Source: the human T2T-CHM13v2.0 reference genome, Homo sapiens. Taken from it: a DNA stretch of 64,000 nt. The position numbers were made by a program, and so were the translations under genes. Every line of letters starts with the position of its first letter. Positions within the stretch are counted from its first letter, which is position 1. Below, in pieces: positions 13,514 through 26,927 of the stretch. The DNA is taken from NCBI RefSeq assembly GCF_009914755.1, contig NC_060936.1; one strand, given 5' to 3'. The notes under the pieces are model-generated. The model had not been told where the DNA came from. It was given only the letters and a program-made list of their open reading frames with translations, and did no database searches.

Positions 13514-14299
13514 ACTCCCTGAGTGTGTAAGGGCCATCTCTTCAGAGCCTAATGTGTCATCCTACACAGAGCAGGTGTTTCCTTATAAATTAAGTTGAAT
13601 TAAATTACCCCTATGAAGCCACATAATCAATAATTCAGCTATAATAAACATTGCCGAATAAATTAACAAAGGGAGGATAATGACTCCTTATGATGATGGA
13701 TAGAAACACTGAAGAAAACCATTTTCAGAGGATTTACTGAATCTTCCTCTCCAAGGAGCTTGTAATAGAAGGGTAAACCTCTAGTTTCTTGTCCAGCAGA
13801 GGAATAGGCTCATGTCTTTTGTTTTATTTTATTTTTTTGGTGAGTCAGTATGGTTGGGTTAATCATATTCACATTAGATTCCATGTTGAAGAACAACTAA
13901 TCAAAGAAGAAAATCATCAGGAATCAGGGTGAGATTAACAGACCAAGGTCAGAAACATGGAGTTACAATTTTCCAAAAAAGCACGAAGTGAGATTAAAAC
14001 CACAGTAAGTCTTAGTCTGACTGACAGGCTTTATACAGGCCCTCGGTAAGCAGTTGGGAGAACCCATGCCCACCACTGCTCTGTACGGTATCTGGCTGCT
14101 CAGAGCTCTCTGATTCACAAAAGAGATCATCAAGAATTGACTCTGTGTTAAACTGTTTTTCACTTAGAATATGGACCCCCACCAATACATTCAATGAAGG
14201 GTCATTAAGGAAGCTCTGATTAACACCAGGCCCATGCAGTTACTCCGCACATATAATCTGTGGGTATTATGTTGATTTGAACTTGCTTAGCTGACTTAA

Positions 14300-14490
14300 A
14301 GCAGGGTTTCTCAAACTGTAGTATGCATCAGAATGACTTGGAAAGCTGGTTAAAAACGCAGATTGCTGGGTCCACCCAGCTTCTGATGCAATAGGTCTGG
14401 GGTTAGAAATTTTGCTTTCTAATGAGTTCCCAGGTGATGCTGATGCCAATGATGTGAAGCCCGCTCTTCACATCCGTGAAAATCGCTGCC
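14300..14490. mobile_element. MER5A-like hAT-Charlie MITE
   Basis: cagggtttctcaaactg...gcatcagaatgac...cccaggtgatgctgatgc. Confidence 0.75.
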
Positions 14491-14618
14491 TTAAGGTGCT
14501 CTTAAATTGTTATAGATTGGTAGATCCTACCTTTCCATCACTGGTATGTTTTTTGAGAAAAGGATCCTTTCTTTTCATTCTGTTATATTCATCCTATTAC
14601 ATAGGATGTTGGTTAGCA

Positions 14619-14694
14619 CAGAGTGGGAGCTCTAGAAAGATTGTTGACCAATCATCTTATTGACTAGACCATCTTTCTAGAGTATAACTATTTT
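14619..14694 (+). ncRNA. MIR6502: microRNA precursor mir-6502 (5p 14628-14649, 3p 14665-14685)
   Basis: Perfect 12-bp stem CTCTAGAAAGAT (14630-14641) / ATCTTTCTAGAG (14671-14682); arms match recalled miR-6502-5p AGCUCUAGAAAGAUUGUUGACC and -3p UAGACCAUCUUUCUAGAGUAU. Confidence 0.88.
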
Positions 14695-17600
14695 GGACAC
14701 CTCAAAGATGAAGTCAGATAAGCTGGCAGTGACCTGATTAACGTTGTGGTAAGCAGATGCCACTGTGGCTGGGAAGTACCAAATCTTCTGTTGAGTGATT
14801 CAGTCTTCCTGACTAGATTTGCCTTCTAGTGGGTGTATTAATAAGCGTTAGTTGATATGAATTAAATGTTGCAACTTTCTATGGGTAATAAGAGGATACC
14901 TTTATAGTTTCATGATGTGGAGACCAAGATACATAAGAAAGCAAGAATGAGTCTCCGGGTGTTCCCTCTGATCAGCAAACATGAATTCATAATTTCATTT
15001 ACTCTCATTTTTGTAATGCACTCTGAGCAATCCTCCAGGCAGATCCTATTTACTAAGCTTCAGGCTTTTGTCCCATTTTATAATGCCCAAACACATGGAG
15101 AAAACATTTTGTTGTTTTTAAAAACAGGTATGGGATTTCTGATATAATCAATTTTATTGACTTCTTGGGAGTTGTAATGATCTGTGACTCACTGCATAAT
15201 ATTGTAGTTTTATAGGGTGGCACATCACCCTGTGTAAAACAACTTTAATGACCTGAGGACTGATGAGTACAGGAAGTGAGGTTTATCATGAGTAGCATTT
15301 ATTAAGCATCTGCTAGAATCAAAGCACTGCATTAGCTACTAAGGTACAAAGTAAGACACAGTTTAATAAGGAAGACAGGGCATCTACCCAAGTCAACAGT
15401 TCAGTGACATCTGTTATTTGAACCACACACCAATGCAACCGAAGTAAATGCTGAAAGGGTGAGAAGAAGGAATAGATTACTATGCATTTTTGAGAGGATG
15501 AAGAAGGCTTCTTGGAGAAGGTTTCTGAAAAGAGATACGGAATTAAGAGAAATAGAAAAGAGCACTGACGAAGCACTCAGGATGGCTATTCAAGGAATTG
15601 GGGATCCACAGCAGCTGTGCACAACCATCCCTAATGCCAGAAAAATGGGGTAAGGGTGAAGGGAACTGGGTCTAGAGCTTTGCATGTTTTTTTCTGGTTA
15701 ACCCTTAGAGTCACCCTGAAGGTGTGGATCCCATCTTATAATAAGGTGAGGACACTGAGTCAGGAAACTAACTTGCTAAAATCAAGTCCTCCCAGTCCTC
15801 CCATCAGGTCCTTCCAGATCTGGAGGAGCCAGGATTTGAACTCACATTTGTCTGACTTCAAAATCCATGCTTTTTCTTGTGTTCCAAATTGCACAATGGA
15901 GTCACTGCCAGTTCAAGCTCCTATGAAAAGGGATGGATGTGAAAAGTCATTTGTTGATTCCACAGATTTTTAGTAGGTACCATGTCTCCTGCCTTTATCA
16001 CTATCCTACTCCTCTGCTACAACTTCTCTGCTACAGGCACCCACTGCAGTTACTTGATATGAGTTAAATGAATCCATCCATCCAAACTTCCATTCATTGA
16101 ATAAATACTTAGCAATGGCTTCCTTTGTATCAGGCACTATTCTAGGAGCTGGGGCTACAGTGCAGATGGAAACCAGCAAAGCTCACTGCCCTCATGGAGC
16201 TTATATGTGAGTGAATAAATCTCAGGGTGGTTCTCCTGTCATAGGTCCTGGCTCCTCTGCCAGCTCTTCCAAATGGGTTCAGAGAGGTTTTCTCCTTGTC
16301 CTGTTGTGTAACTGATAATCCCATGGTGGACCTCACTTTGCTATTCATATGCACTAAGTAGTTTATGGTGTGCTTTGTGGCTGGCAATTGTGACAGATTC
16401 TATTCTTCTATTGGTATGTGGTTTCTTTGGGGCATTTGTTTGGATACTGATGGCATCTTCCGGGGGTCTGAGGCACCTACACAAACCTCAGGTCACTATC
16501 ACGTGATACTGGAGTTGCCTGTTAAATTATATTTCTTCTTCCACAAAACTGCAGGTTCCCTGAGGGAAAGGTCTATGTCCTGCTCATTTTTGGATCCCTA
16601 ATGGCTGGCACAGTACCTGGTGCATAATATGGTTCAACAAATATTTGTAAAATGAATGAATCAAATAGTCCTTCAAAGCATCTTCAGAATCAAGATTGTC
16701 ATCTAGATTGCACCCGAAGTTTATCTTTCTAGTATTCAGAATATAATCAATCATTGCTTAAATTATTCCATTTCATCATTCTTGAATAAAAGCTACTAAT
16801 TTTAAATACTAATATCTGAGATATCTTCGAAAAGAAGATTAGTCGTTGTATGTGTTGCTTATAAATTTTCTCTATGGTGGAAAATATTCCCAAACCATGT
16901 CTAAGCAATGAAAAACCAGTGTTCTGGCAGGAAATAAACTGATGTTTGTTGTGTTTTGTATCTGTCTTCCCGTTCCAAATCATTTATATATACTTGATGG
17001 TCTGTGGGCTTGACTTGCAAGTATTTTCCTGGGAGACATTTTTATTCAAAAGACCTGTATTGCCTGCCAAACCTTCATTTAAGAGACTCATTATGGATGT
17101 CATCTGCATCATTGCAAACTTTTCTGGTCGTCTCTATAAATAGCAAGATAATATTTACAGAGTTTTACATTGGCTCTTGAATTTTAAAATATTCTTATAG
17201 ACAAACATTAATTGGAATGGGGGGTAAGGAGGTAGGAATGGCTTACTTGCGGAAATGCAGGCTCATTGTTGTGTCTAGTAGGTGCTAGGTGCATTCACAC
17301 ATCTCTTAAGCTTTAAACAACCTATTGAGCCGGTTTCCATTTCCTTGATCTATTAGATTTAAAAAAATGAAGCATAAAGGAGTTGGCTCTTGCCCTAAGT
17401 CATACTACTGATGGAATGAGAATACAAACCAAAAACACTTTATTCAAGTCCAGGAAATATCTGCCTTGAAAAAGAATAACTTAAAAATTAAAAGTGTCCT
17501 CTATTTGAACATGAAAACAGCTAATAAAGATGTGTTATTTTATTTTATTATTATTAATTTTGTCCTCCCATATTGGCAAAGATAAAGCAATTGACAAAAA

Positions 17601-18136
17601 TGGAATTCTTGTTCAATACTGGCAGGAGTGAAAATTGGTAGAACCTTTCTAGAAGGCAATTTGGCAACATGTATGAAAACCTAAATGTTGATACACCTTT
17701 ACCCAGCAGTTTGTTTAGGAATTTATCCTAATGAATAAAAGTTGTCCAAGTCTTCAAACATGAGCCCAAAGGTATATTTCATGATGTTTATGATATTAAA
17801 ACATTGGAAACAACTGAAACATCCTTCAGTAAAAGATGGATTAAATAAATTCCATGCAGTTGTCATTTAAAAATATTTAGATATATGTTTATTGCTATGG
17901 ATATATGTTCCCAAAATATTATTGAATCAAAAAGTAGACTACAGGATATATGTTGAATATGAGCTCATTTATAACATTGAATATTTTAAGATAATGTATG
18001 TTTCATAGAGAGATCTTCACCAAATGTTAAGGATTTTTTTTTCTGGGCTGTGGTATTTGGGTGATCTTTACATTCTTCAGACTCATGTGTGTTTGAAACT
18101 TTTTATAATGAACATATATCATTTTTATTAGAAAAG

Positions 18137-18142
18137 AATAAA
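18137..18142 (+). terminator. Distal polyadenylation signal AATAAA of IRAK3
   Basis: gaaaagAATAAAgtttttgaaaaaaaaaac; other AATAAA at 11706, 13643, 13657, 17523 and 17734 are alternative candidates. Confidence 0.65.
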
Positions 18143-19879
18143 GTTTTTGAAAAAAAAAACAGTCATTTTCTACATTTCTACATTTACTTGGCTCTTTGCT
18201 TGGTTGTGCCCTTGGTGGCAACTAGCAACTAGTAATAATGCTTCTATTCCACTGCTCTTTATTATTTTTATCTTCCTACCTTAGTAATTGAAGCTATGAA
18301 ATGGATTTGTCTGGTATCCCTTGAGTAACAAGTCTTGAGAAGGCATGTGACAAAGCAATGCAAGAGGCAAAAACCAGATAAGCTGAAATACAGAAAAGCA
18401 GATACAGATCACAGTATACAACTGAGAGTGTTTTGTAATTAAATATTAGTTGATTTTGCTAAAATCTTTTTTAAATTACCGGTAAGATTTATACTTACAA
18501 ATCCCTACTTCAAGGAGTTATCTGCAGTTAAATGAGAAGATCTTTGCGGACATAAATTTTCCACCACAAAGTATTCATTCTCCAGACTTGTATCCCACTA
18601 TCCATTTTTAGTTTACATAAAATTTTTACCTTGCTGTAGTTTTAGTTGAAAATAAAACTTGCAACAGTGCAGAGGAAATGTGACTGAATACAGTGTTTTT
18701 CTACAGCAGATAGAGATGAACCTGTGTAAGGATGCTAATGGGATTCACAATGCATTAATTATAAAGGGAAATAGCAAAGTATACTCCAGGGTAAAATAGC
18801 AACTCTGAGTTCTAGCTGAGGGGACTGTTTTGTGCACATAACTAAGTTACGAAAGTGTGTAAATATGATTTTAAAACATACTTCCTAGGCAGATCCAGCT
18901 AAAAGATAAATGAGTGCTGGTTTTTGAGAGCATAAAAGAGCCACAATTTTTTTATGATACCAAATTAATATTTTGATGCTACTTTGTGTTTTCTGGAAGG
19001 AAAATGCCGACTGATACAACTGTACCCTCACTGCAAAGAGTTCAGCAAAAGAGAATTTAGGAAATCTAATACATATAGTGTAAAATGGGATCATTTCTAA
19101 ACGGCACATTAGAGTGAGGTTACTCTAGTAATCTTCTTAATGTTCTTAACACCATTATTCACTAATTATAATTTCATGTCATTCTAAATGTGTATAGGCT
19201 AATTATAGTGCAGTTGCTGGACCATTAAATACTGGGTCTTATGATATTTCTTTTTCTTATGATTATAACCCAGGATTTTAAAAAACAGCCACAATGACTT
19301 CAGCCAAGGGTAAATATGAATCTATGACCTTTTATTGTTTTAATTTTGTATGTCCTAGGGGAAAATTTAAGATTCTAGCATGCTTACAAAGCCAAATATG
19401 CATGTTTATATTAACTCACTGCTGACAGCTCTAAGGCTATTACTTGAGACAGCAGGCAGAGCAATCTCTGACATTTTCATTATGCATTTGTCTAGCAGCT
19501 TGAAGAGGGGAAATAATTCATGTGATTATGAATAGCCTATCTTGGTCATTAAAATGAATTTCCCTAATAGAAAAATGATCACTGTATTTTAGAAGACATA
19601 TTCTGACATGTCTCCATCTTTCTATCTCATATCCCAGCATTATCATTTCTAATTTCAAAAGCAGTTGAATGAACCAAGTAGCATCACTGCCTTCTGTTTA
19701 AAAGGTCTCATCAATTACAGTGAAACTACAACTTCATTTCACTTTAGCCTCTATTTCCAAGGCCACACTCTAGACCCTATCATCACCTGCAACTGCTACA
19801 TATCAGAAATCATAATATTTTTCCATAAACAAAAATAGTATGTTTTATGACCTCATAAAGATCCTATTATCTGATCCAT

Positions 19880-21770
19880 CAGTGTTCTCCAAAGAAACAG
19901 TCAATAGCATATATATAGATGGGTAAGAGGAGACTTATTATGGGAATTGGCTCCCACAATTATAGAGGCTAAGAAGTTTCACAATCTGCCGTCTGCACAC
20001 TGAAGAGCCAGGAAAGCCAGTGGGGTAATTCTGTCCTGGTCCAAAGGCCTGGGAAGGGGGTATTGGGGCACTGGTTTCAGAGTCCAGAGGCCTGAGATCA
20101 AGAGCTCTGATGTCCAAGGGCAGGAGAAGATGGATGTTCCAGCTCAAGGAGAGAAAGTGAATTCTCCCTTCCTCTGCCTTTTTGTTCTATCTGGGCCCTC
20201 AAGAGCTGGGTTGATGGCCACCTGCATGACGAGGGCTTCTTTACTCAGTGCACCAATTCAAATGCTAATCTCTTCCAGGGGCGCCCTCATGGAAACACCC
20301 AGAAATGATGGTTTACCTACTACCCAAGTCAAGCTGACATATAAAATTAACCATCACAGTTGTTTAGGCTTCCTTCCCTGATGGCAGGCACCACACCTCC
20401 ATTCCTGAAGGGTCTAAGTCCTTAGTGATCCTGCCTTTTTTGGAGTGTTATGATTTTACATCAACATTCATTCCTGGTTGCAGAACCATTAGCACCCAGA
20501 AGTCCCTGGATTCCAGACTTAAGCCTCCCTGCTCTCATTGTGTTCATAAATCTGATTTCCTCTTGATAACTGCAATCAATACCCAGAGCCATAGAACGAC
20601 TTCTTTCTGTCTTCTTGGTTCAGTGGCATGAAGAACCCAAAATGACAGTGTCTCAACTCCCTGGTGCATAAACCCTATTGTGTCCACATGGAATCATTTC
20701 TCACTTGAGATCCAAGACCTTTCAATTGGCAGAACTGAGAGTTGAAGAGATAGAAAGTCAAAAACAGAAAACAAAAACAAAACATGACTGGGTACCTAGA
20801 AGTAAAAGTGAGAAGAGCCATTTCGACTTCACCCTTTGGTTGCCAGACCTCTGTTTTCTGGCTGTGAATAGAAGAACACCATGGATCGGTCTTTGGTTTA
20901 AAGTCTGTGGTCATCAAGCCTCACAGAGTTGTCCCCCAGCTGACAGCATAGCTGAGCTCTTAGCAGGCCATTTCAAAGTTCCATAAAGCCAACTGCTTTA
21001 TGAAGTATGCAGTAAGACCAGCAGAATTCCATGGGTGCAAGCCTCATTGCCTTATTATTTTACTCTATATTTTACTGTTTTATTTTTTATTTTTTTCTGA
21101 GACAGGGTCTCAGTCTGTCACCCAGGCTAGAGTGCAGTGATGTGATCTCAGCTCACTGCAACCTCTGCCTCCTTGGTTCAAGTGATCCTACCACCTTAGC
21201 CTCCTGAGTAGCTGGGACTACAGGTGCATTCCACCATACCCAGCTAATTTTTAATTTTTAAATTTTTTACTCTTTTGCAGAGACAGGAGTCTCCCTCTGT
21301 TGCTCAGGCTAGTCTCAAACTCCTGGAATCAAGCAATCCACCTGCTTCAGCCTCTCAAAATGCTGGGATTACAGGGGTGAGCCACCAAGCCCAGCTGCCT
21401 CACTTATTTTACTATAAAATGAGTTCTGCATCAGAACTGTGTTTAAAGAGATACTATAAACCTACCAACTAAGGTCCTGACAGAGGCACTGTGGGCAGGA
21501 AAGGCAAATCCATATCCAGACTAAGCATCAAATCTGGTGAGGACAAATCACTGCTCCCTCCATGCTAGAAGGGCCCACTGCAGTCAACCTGTCACCAAAT
21601 AACTAGTAGGCCAGTTCCCATGAGGAATGATGCCAAGTTAAAGGCTCAACATTGACTTCTGCTGTTGGCAGCTCAGGCACTTGGCCACAGTGATAACCAC
21701 ATCAGACTTCGATGCAGAAAAGCCCACACATAACTTTCATCCCTGTTGCCATGGCCACCTAATACCCCCT
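19880..21770 (-). mobile_element. MLT2-type LTR (19880-20358) with adjoining ERVL internal fragments, interrupted by an AluJ (~21085-21395)
   Basis: attatgggaattggctc...aaaattaaccatcaca LTR end; following sequence resembles ERVL internal region. Confidence 0.65.
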
Positions 21771-24148
21771 ACACCAGACTTAATGCTTCTGGCACTGAAT
21801 CTGGAACCCAGTTGTTTTGAAAAGTATTGTCTTGTACGACTTCGTATTTCTTATTGCTCTTGGGAGGAGTCTATGAACACAAAGCATTCAATAGGTATTA
21901 TGTTGCTGGCATAAAGATGGAAAGAAAGGCAAGGGAAATTCCAAGTAGGCTTTGGCAGAATGGAACAGCATAGAAACCACAGATGAGCATGTAAATGAGC
22001 CTGAACTGACGGAGGGCAGTTAGAAAATAGTAGAGAATAATTTGGAGAAGTAAGATCTGGTATTTCACAGAGCCCTTTGAATAACACGTTGAATAATTTA
22101 CACTTTATCTGAGAGGAAGGCCTTAAGCATTTTAATCAATTAAATAAAATATTAGGAATTGATAGGCACATAAAAGTAACCTTGTACACCTTTTGATGAA
22201 AGCAGATATCCTCTCTAGAAGGCCTTTTCATGAATTCTCGTCCAGGATGTGCTGGAAAAAGTCCCAGGGAGAGCATTATTTTGAGAAGAGAGGAAGAAGT
22301 CATTTTGCCGCTTTCCTGCAGTTTCTTTCCTACTTTTGTGAGGAGGGGTGGAATGTCCTCATGGTGAGAAGGTGAAGGCCTGCCATTTCAGGGGCTGGGT
22401 TAGTACCAGGATACTGATGAAGCAGGGCCGGTGCATAGGTAGGCTCTGAGTCTCTCTCCTGGGGATTACTTGCCCCTCACTTCCTGCTGCCTCCTCACCT
22501 GTGTAGAAAGCATAGGCTGGACTGGAGGGGAGGTTGTCAGAAGCTCCCATTTAGGTTTGGATCCCGGCTGAGGTCATTGTTCTCCTTTATCGGCAGCGTG
22601 GTAGACTTTCTTCCGGCTCCCGTGTCTAATTCTCTTTTGCTTTGAAATCTAAGCAGGTGGATGAGATGTGATTACCTTTCCCAGGTAGCCCACTGCATTA
22701 ACAGCTATTTCTACCTGGCTGAGAGTTCTCTCAGACTAGACTTAATCCGCTTCCACTCCGAGGCATTCAGAATAAGCCTAATTTTCCTCCTGTGTATATT
22801 CCTACAATGATTTTAAAGGGTTATTTTTTCTATTTTTCTTGCATCCTGAGAAAATAGTGGGAAAACTTTTAATTCATCAGTAACCAGTAACATTTGTCAT
22901 CCTAAATCCAATGTAATACCTTAAATATGCTAGATGAAAAGAATCCTCGTTTATTATGTTATTTAATTTGGGTAGGGTTCTGTTAATTTAGTCTAAGGTT
23001 GTGTAAGTGTAGATGCATGCATGCATGCACATGTGCATGTATGTGTGTTGAAGTCATCATTCTGTGCTAGTTCTGACTTTGTGGATCTACCAAGGCCTTG
23101 GGGTCTTTTTCACATAAACTGCCAGTAACATCTCCTTCAACCTTTCCTTGTGCAATTGATTTTTATACACTAAAACAGAGCTCTTACATTTTTATTGTTT
23201 TAATACTACTCAATTATTTTTTAACGATTTTATCTGCATCATAGTTCAATGCTATCTTGTTTGTTTTCACTCATTGATCCAACTCGAGTTGGATAACTCT
23301 CCATTTCCTACCACTTTCCCCTTGACCAGTCAGCTCTATCCACACTCACCTTCTCGCAGACCAAGCTTGTTCCCATCTCAGGACGTTTGTGCTTGCTGGT
23401 CCCCTGCCCGGAATTCTCTTCCTGCAGAATGTCTCCCTCTGCTATTACTCTCTGTTGTCTTTTTCATTATAGTGATTTCCTTCACTTCTTTTGTCATGAC
23501 ATGACATTATATTAGATATTTATTTGCTTAATTTTCATCAGCCTTCTTCCTTAGAATATAAAATCTATGAAGTCAAGGTCTTTAACTTTTCACCACTGGA
23601 TCCCCAAGGACTTGGAAAGTTTCCTGAAACATAATAGATGCTTAATAATCATTGTTTGAATGCATGAATTAAATAGTCTTTTAAATTCTTAATTTGATCA
23701 GCCAAATTTTTTTTGGCTCCTCCTTCCAGATTTGTGTCATTGACCACTTTGGTAAAGCTGCTTTCATCATCCACGAAATTGTTGATTAAAAAGTGCTCTA
23801 CAGGATAAAGGCAATTTCAGAACCACATAGTCCTCTGCCAAATAGTCTCTATCAGGTTTACATCTTTTCAATTATTAAAAAATCTTTCGAAATAAATTCA
23901 AGCAACTCTGATTTCATCTCATTTTCCAACATATATTTCTCCATCTTTAATATAAAATATGATCAAAATTCCTTTAAATCACTTAAAGGACCTTCAAAAA
24001 CTGGCCCCAAACAACCTTTCCAACATTTATATTTCATCACTATCTCCTTTCTACTTCCTTCCCACAGACTTTGTGTCTTTTGTTCTAGTCTCACTAAATG
24101 TGTTGTGATTCTTAAAGCATGCCATGGTCCTCATCTCCATGCCTTATA

Positions 24149-24516
24149 TAGGAGTCGCCAGCATCTGGGCTGCGGACCAGTACCAGTCCATGGCCTATAG
24201 GAACTGGGCCGTATATATTACCCAGTCTGTGTCATTTTGTTACAGCAGGAGGTAAGCAGCTAGTGAGTGAGCATGACCACCTGAGCTCTGCCTCCTATCA
24301 GATCAGTGGCTTCATTAAATTCTCATAGAAGTGCAAACCTTATTGTGAGCTGCACATGTGAGGGATCTAGGCTGTGTGCTCCTTATGAGATTCTAATGCC
24401 TGATGACCTGAGGTGGAACGGTTTCATCCTGAAACTATACCACTCACTTCTCAGTCTGTGGAAGGATTGTCTTCCATGAAACCGTTCCCTGGTGTGAAAA
24501 AGTTTGGGGACCACTG
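24149..24516 (+). mobile_element. MER1B-like hAT-Charlie element with an internal ~30-bp foreign insert
   Basis: gcggaccagtaccagtccatggcct...gattctaatgcctgatga...ggggaccactg termini. Confidence 0.85.
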
Positions 24517-24857
24517 CCTTAGCACACCTGTTCCAGTTACCTGGAATGCCTCTTCTCTCCACCCTCACCTCCAAACAAATGGATCTATCCTTGATGTAGC
24601 ATAAATGCCACTTCCTTCATGAATCCTTCCCAAACTTCCCTAAGTGATTAATCACGCCCTCTCTTGTTCTCCCTCTGTAATTTTGATGTTTCTTTAGTAT
24701 TTTGCCTTTTGTTTCATTATCGCTACCATATTATTTATGGGTCTCTTTCCAGGGATAAAACTTTTATCTCTCCCAGGCTATGGACTTAGATACCCATTAA
24801 TATCTATCGAATAAAGTGAAAAACATGATGAAATATTTTGTTCACTGTTTGCTGTAG

Positions 24858-25056
24858 TTTAATGAAAGCAGGTCACGCCCAATGGTACTGACTGACATCC
24901 CAGACTGGCTTCTATCAAGGTGGCATTCACCTAGATGAGTTTTGTGGGGTCCATCTTACACTTGCTATCTCAGAAGCCAGAATTTCTGTTTTATTGGAAT
25001 TGGAATGGGCTTACCTCTCAATGGTAGATTTGCATTGACCAGGTTCACGTAGATAG
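24858..25056 (+). pseudogene. Fossil exon of candidate pseudogene (phase 2-0)
   Basis: gctgtag|T...TAG|gtaaaa; LMKAGHAQWY*LTSQTGFYQGGIHLDEFCGVHLTLAISEARISVLLELEWAYLSMVDLH*PGSRR*; both internal stops are TGA, compatible with CGA deamination. Confidence 0.6.
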
Positions 25057-25083
25057 GTAAAAACCAGAGTACCCGTTATCTAC

Positions 25084-25452
25084 TGCTATGGTTTGAATGT
25101 TTGTGTCCCCTCTAAAATTCACATTGAAACCCTACTACAATCGTATTAAGAGGTGGGGTCTTTAAGACGTGATTAAGTATGATGGCTTCAGCCTCATGAA
25201 CGGGATGAGGTGCCCTTATCAAAGGGCTCCAGGAAGCTAGCTAGGCTTTTTGCTCTTCCACCTTTTACCACGTGAGGACACAGCAACAAGATGCCATCTT
25301 GAAAGCAGAGAGTAGTCTGCACCAGACACTGAATCTGCTGGTGCCTTGGTTGTGGGCTTTGCAGCCTCCAGAACTGTGAGAAATGAATTTTTATTGTTTG
25401 TATATTACCCAGTCTGTGGTATTTTGTTATAGCAGCACAAATGGACTAAAAC
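25084..25452 (+). mobile_element. MaLR solo LTR (MST/MLT1A type)
   Basis: tgctatggtttgaatgtttgtgtcccc...gcctccagaactgtgagaaat...ttatagcagcacaaatggactaa. Confidence 0.85.
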
Positions 25453-26496
25453 TTCTGCTTTCTAATGACAAATACAACTCTTCAGACAACTGAAATTCTC
25501 AAGTCAAACTATTAGTGCATTATTTCCCTGTAGGCAAGCTATATATCAAGTGATATGCTATGGGACAGAAGAATTACTTGATCTTAAGTATTTCTTAATA
25601 AAGGGAGCATGAGACCACCTCCTGCATTAGCGAAATAAGCCCTCTAAGGAAACCATAAGGTTTGAGGTTGGTTAGCCAAGACTACCTTCCATGGACAGGT
25701 CCCAGAGGATCACCTTCAACTTGGTTGCTCACACTCCATTTCCTGTACAGTTGTGGTCAACTAACATCTCTCTGCCCAACCAGGATCCAAAGAAATGTCA
25801 CTAAATATCTGGTGATTGTTATATTCATATTTAAATTCCCATTATTCCCATTCATATATTCATGGACACCCTCCTGGTTTGTTTCTAGTCACATTTATTG
25901 TGTAAGAATTTAACTAATTTAACTCCAAGAACAATTACATTTACACCTCATTGTCAACCCTAATTAATGACAAGGCTTAAAGGGGCTGAGTGACTAATCA
26001 ACTTGTCCTGGTCTTATTTCCATTATACTGTTCTACATGGAAATGCTTAATAATTATTCAAACTAGTTCTTCACTTTTTCTATCTGTTTAAAAGTATTTT
26101 TTTAAAAGGCTTAAAAACTTTGATACCCTAGTGACACTTCTATGAATCTATCCTATGAAAATTATCATAGAAGTATAAAAGTTTGTAGCTAGATAGATAT
26201 CCATTGCTGCATTGTTTATGATAGTTAATAGTTTTTTTTAAAAAAAAAAAACCTAAATGTCAAACAACAGGAAATTTGTTAAATAAATTATAACTAAAAT
26301 CAGTCACTGATGTGATGTTACACAACATTGTTCATCATACATTGTTAAGTGGTAAAAGGCAGATTACTAAACACTGTAAAATAGGATTCTACTTTTTGCA
26401 GGCAGAAAGTTTATGGATACATAATAGGAAAAAGACTAGAAGAAAATAAACAAAAATATCTAAAAGAAAGTGGTGTTAGGATTATAAAGATGTCCT

Positions 26497-26580
26497 CCTT
26501 TTTTTCTTTTTCTTTTCTTTTTTTCTCTTTCTTTCTTTCTTTCTTTTCTTTTCTTTCTTTCTTCTCTTTCTTCCTTTCTT

Positions 26581-26612
<32 letters not shown>

Positions 26613-26907
26613 GCTTTTTCTTTCTTCTTTCTTTCTTTTTTCTTTTTTTTTGAGACTAGGTCTTTCTCTGTCACCCAGGCTGGAGTGCAGTAGTGTGATC
26701 ATGGCTCCCTGCAGCCACGACATGCTGGGCTTAAGGGCTCCTCTCACCTCAGCCTCTCAAGTAGCTGGGACTACAGGCATGTACTGCTATGCCAGGCTAT
26801 AAAAAAATTTTTTTTGTAGAGACAGGGTCTCCCTATGTTGCCCAGGCTGGTTTTGAATTCCTGGGCTCAAGTGATCCTCCTGCCTCAGCCTCCCAAAGTG
26901 CTGGGAT
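26497..26907 (-). mobile_element. AluJ with expanded (TTTC/TC)n tail (26497-26650)
   Basis: ~150-nt pyrimidine tract followed by antisense Alu. Confidence 0.88.
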
Positions 26908-26927
26908 TCTCTTTTGTTTTTCTACAC

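Larger units (their letters stand above)
11711..18160 (+). other. IRAK3: IRAK3 long 3'UTR (~6.4 kb)
   Basis: Follows the stop codon; AATAAA at 18137-18142 with T/GT-rich sequence downstream; length agrees with the ~8 kb IRAK3 mRNA recalled from knowledge. Confidence 0.75.

Noticed and set aside
13680-13772. Possible further upstream fossil exon (KPFSEDLLNLPLQGACNRR|gtaaac)
   Set aside because: Phase does not match the 13878 segment and there is no clear acceptor
26411-26747. Lys/Glu-rich and Phe/Ser-rich ORFs
   Set aside because: Product of the (TTTC)n Alu tail expansion
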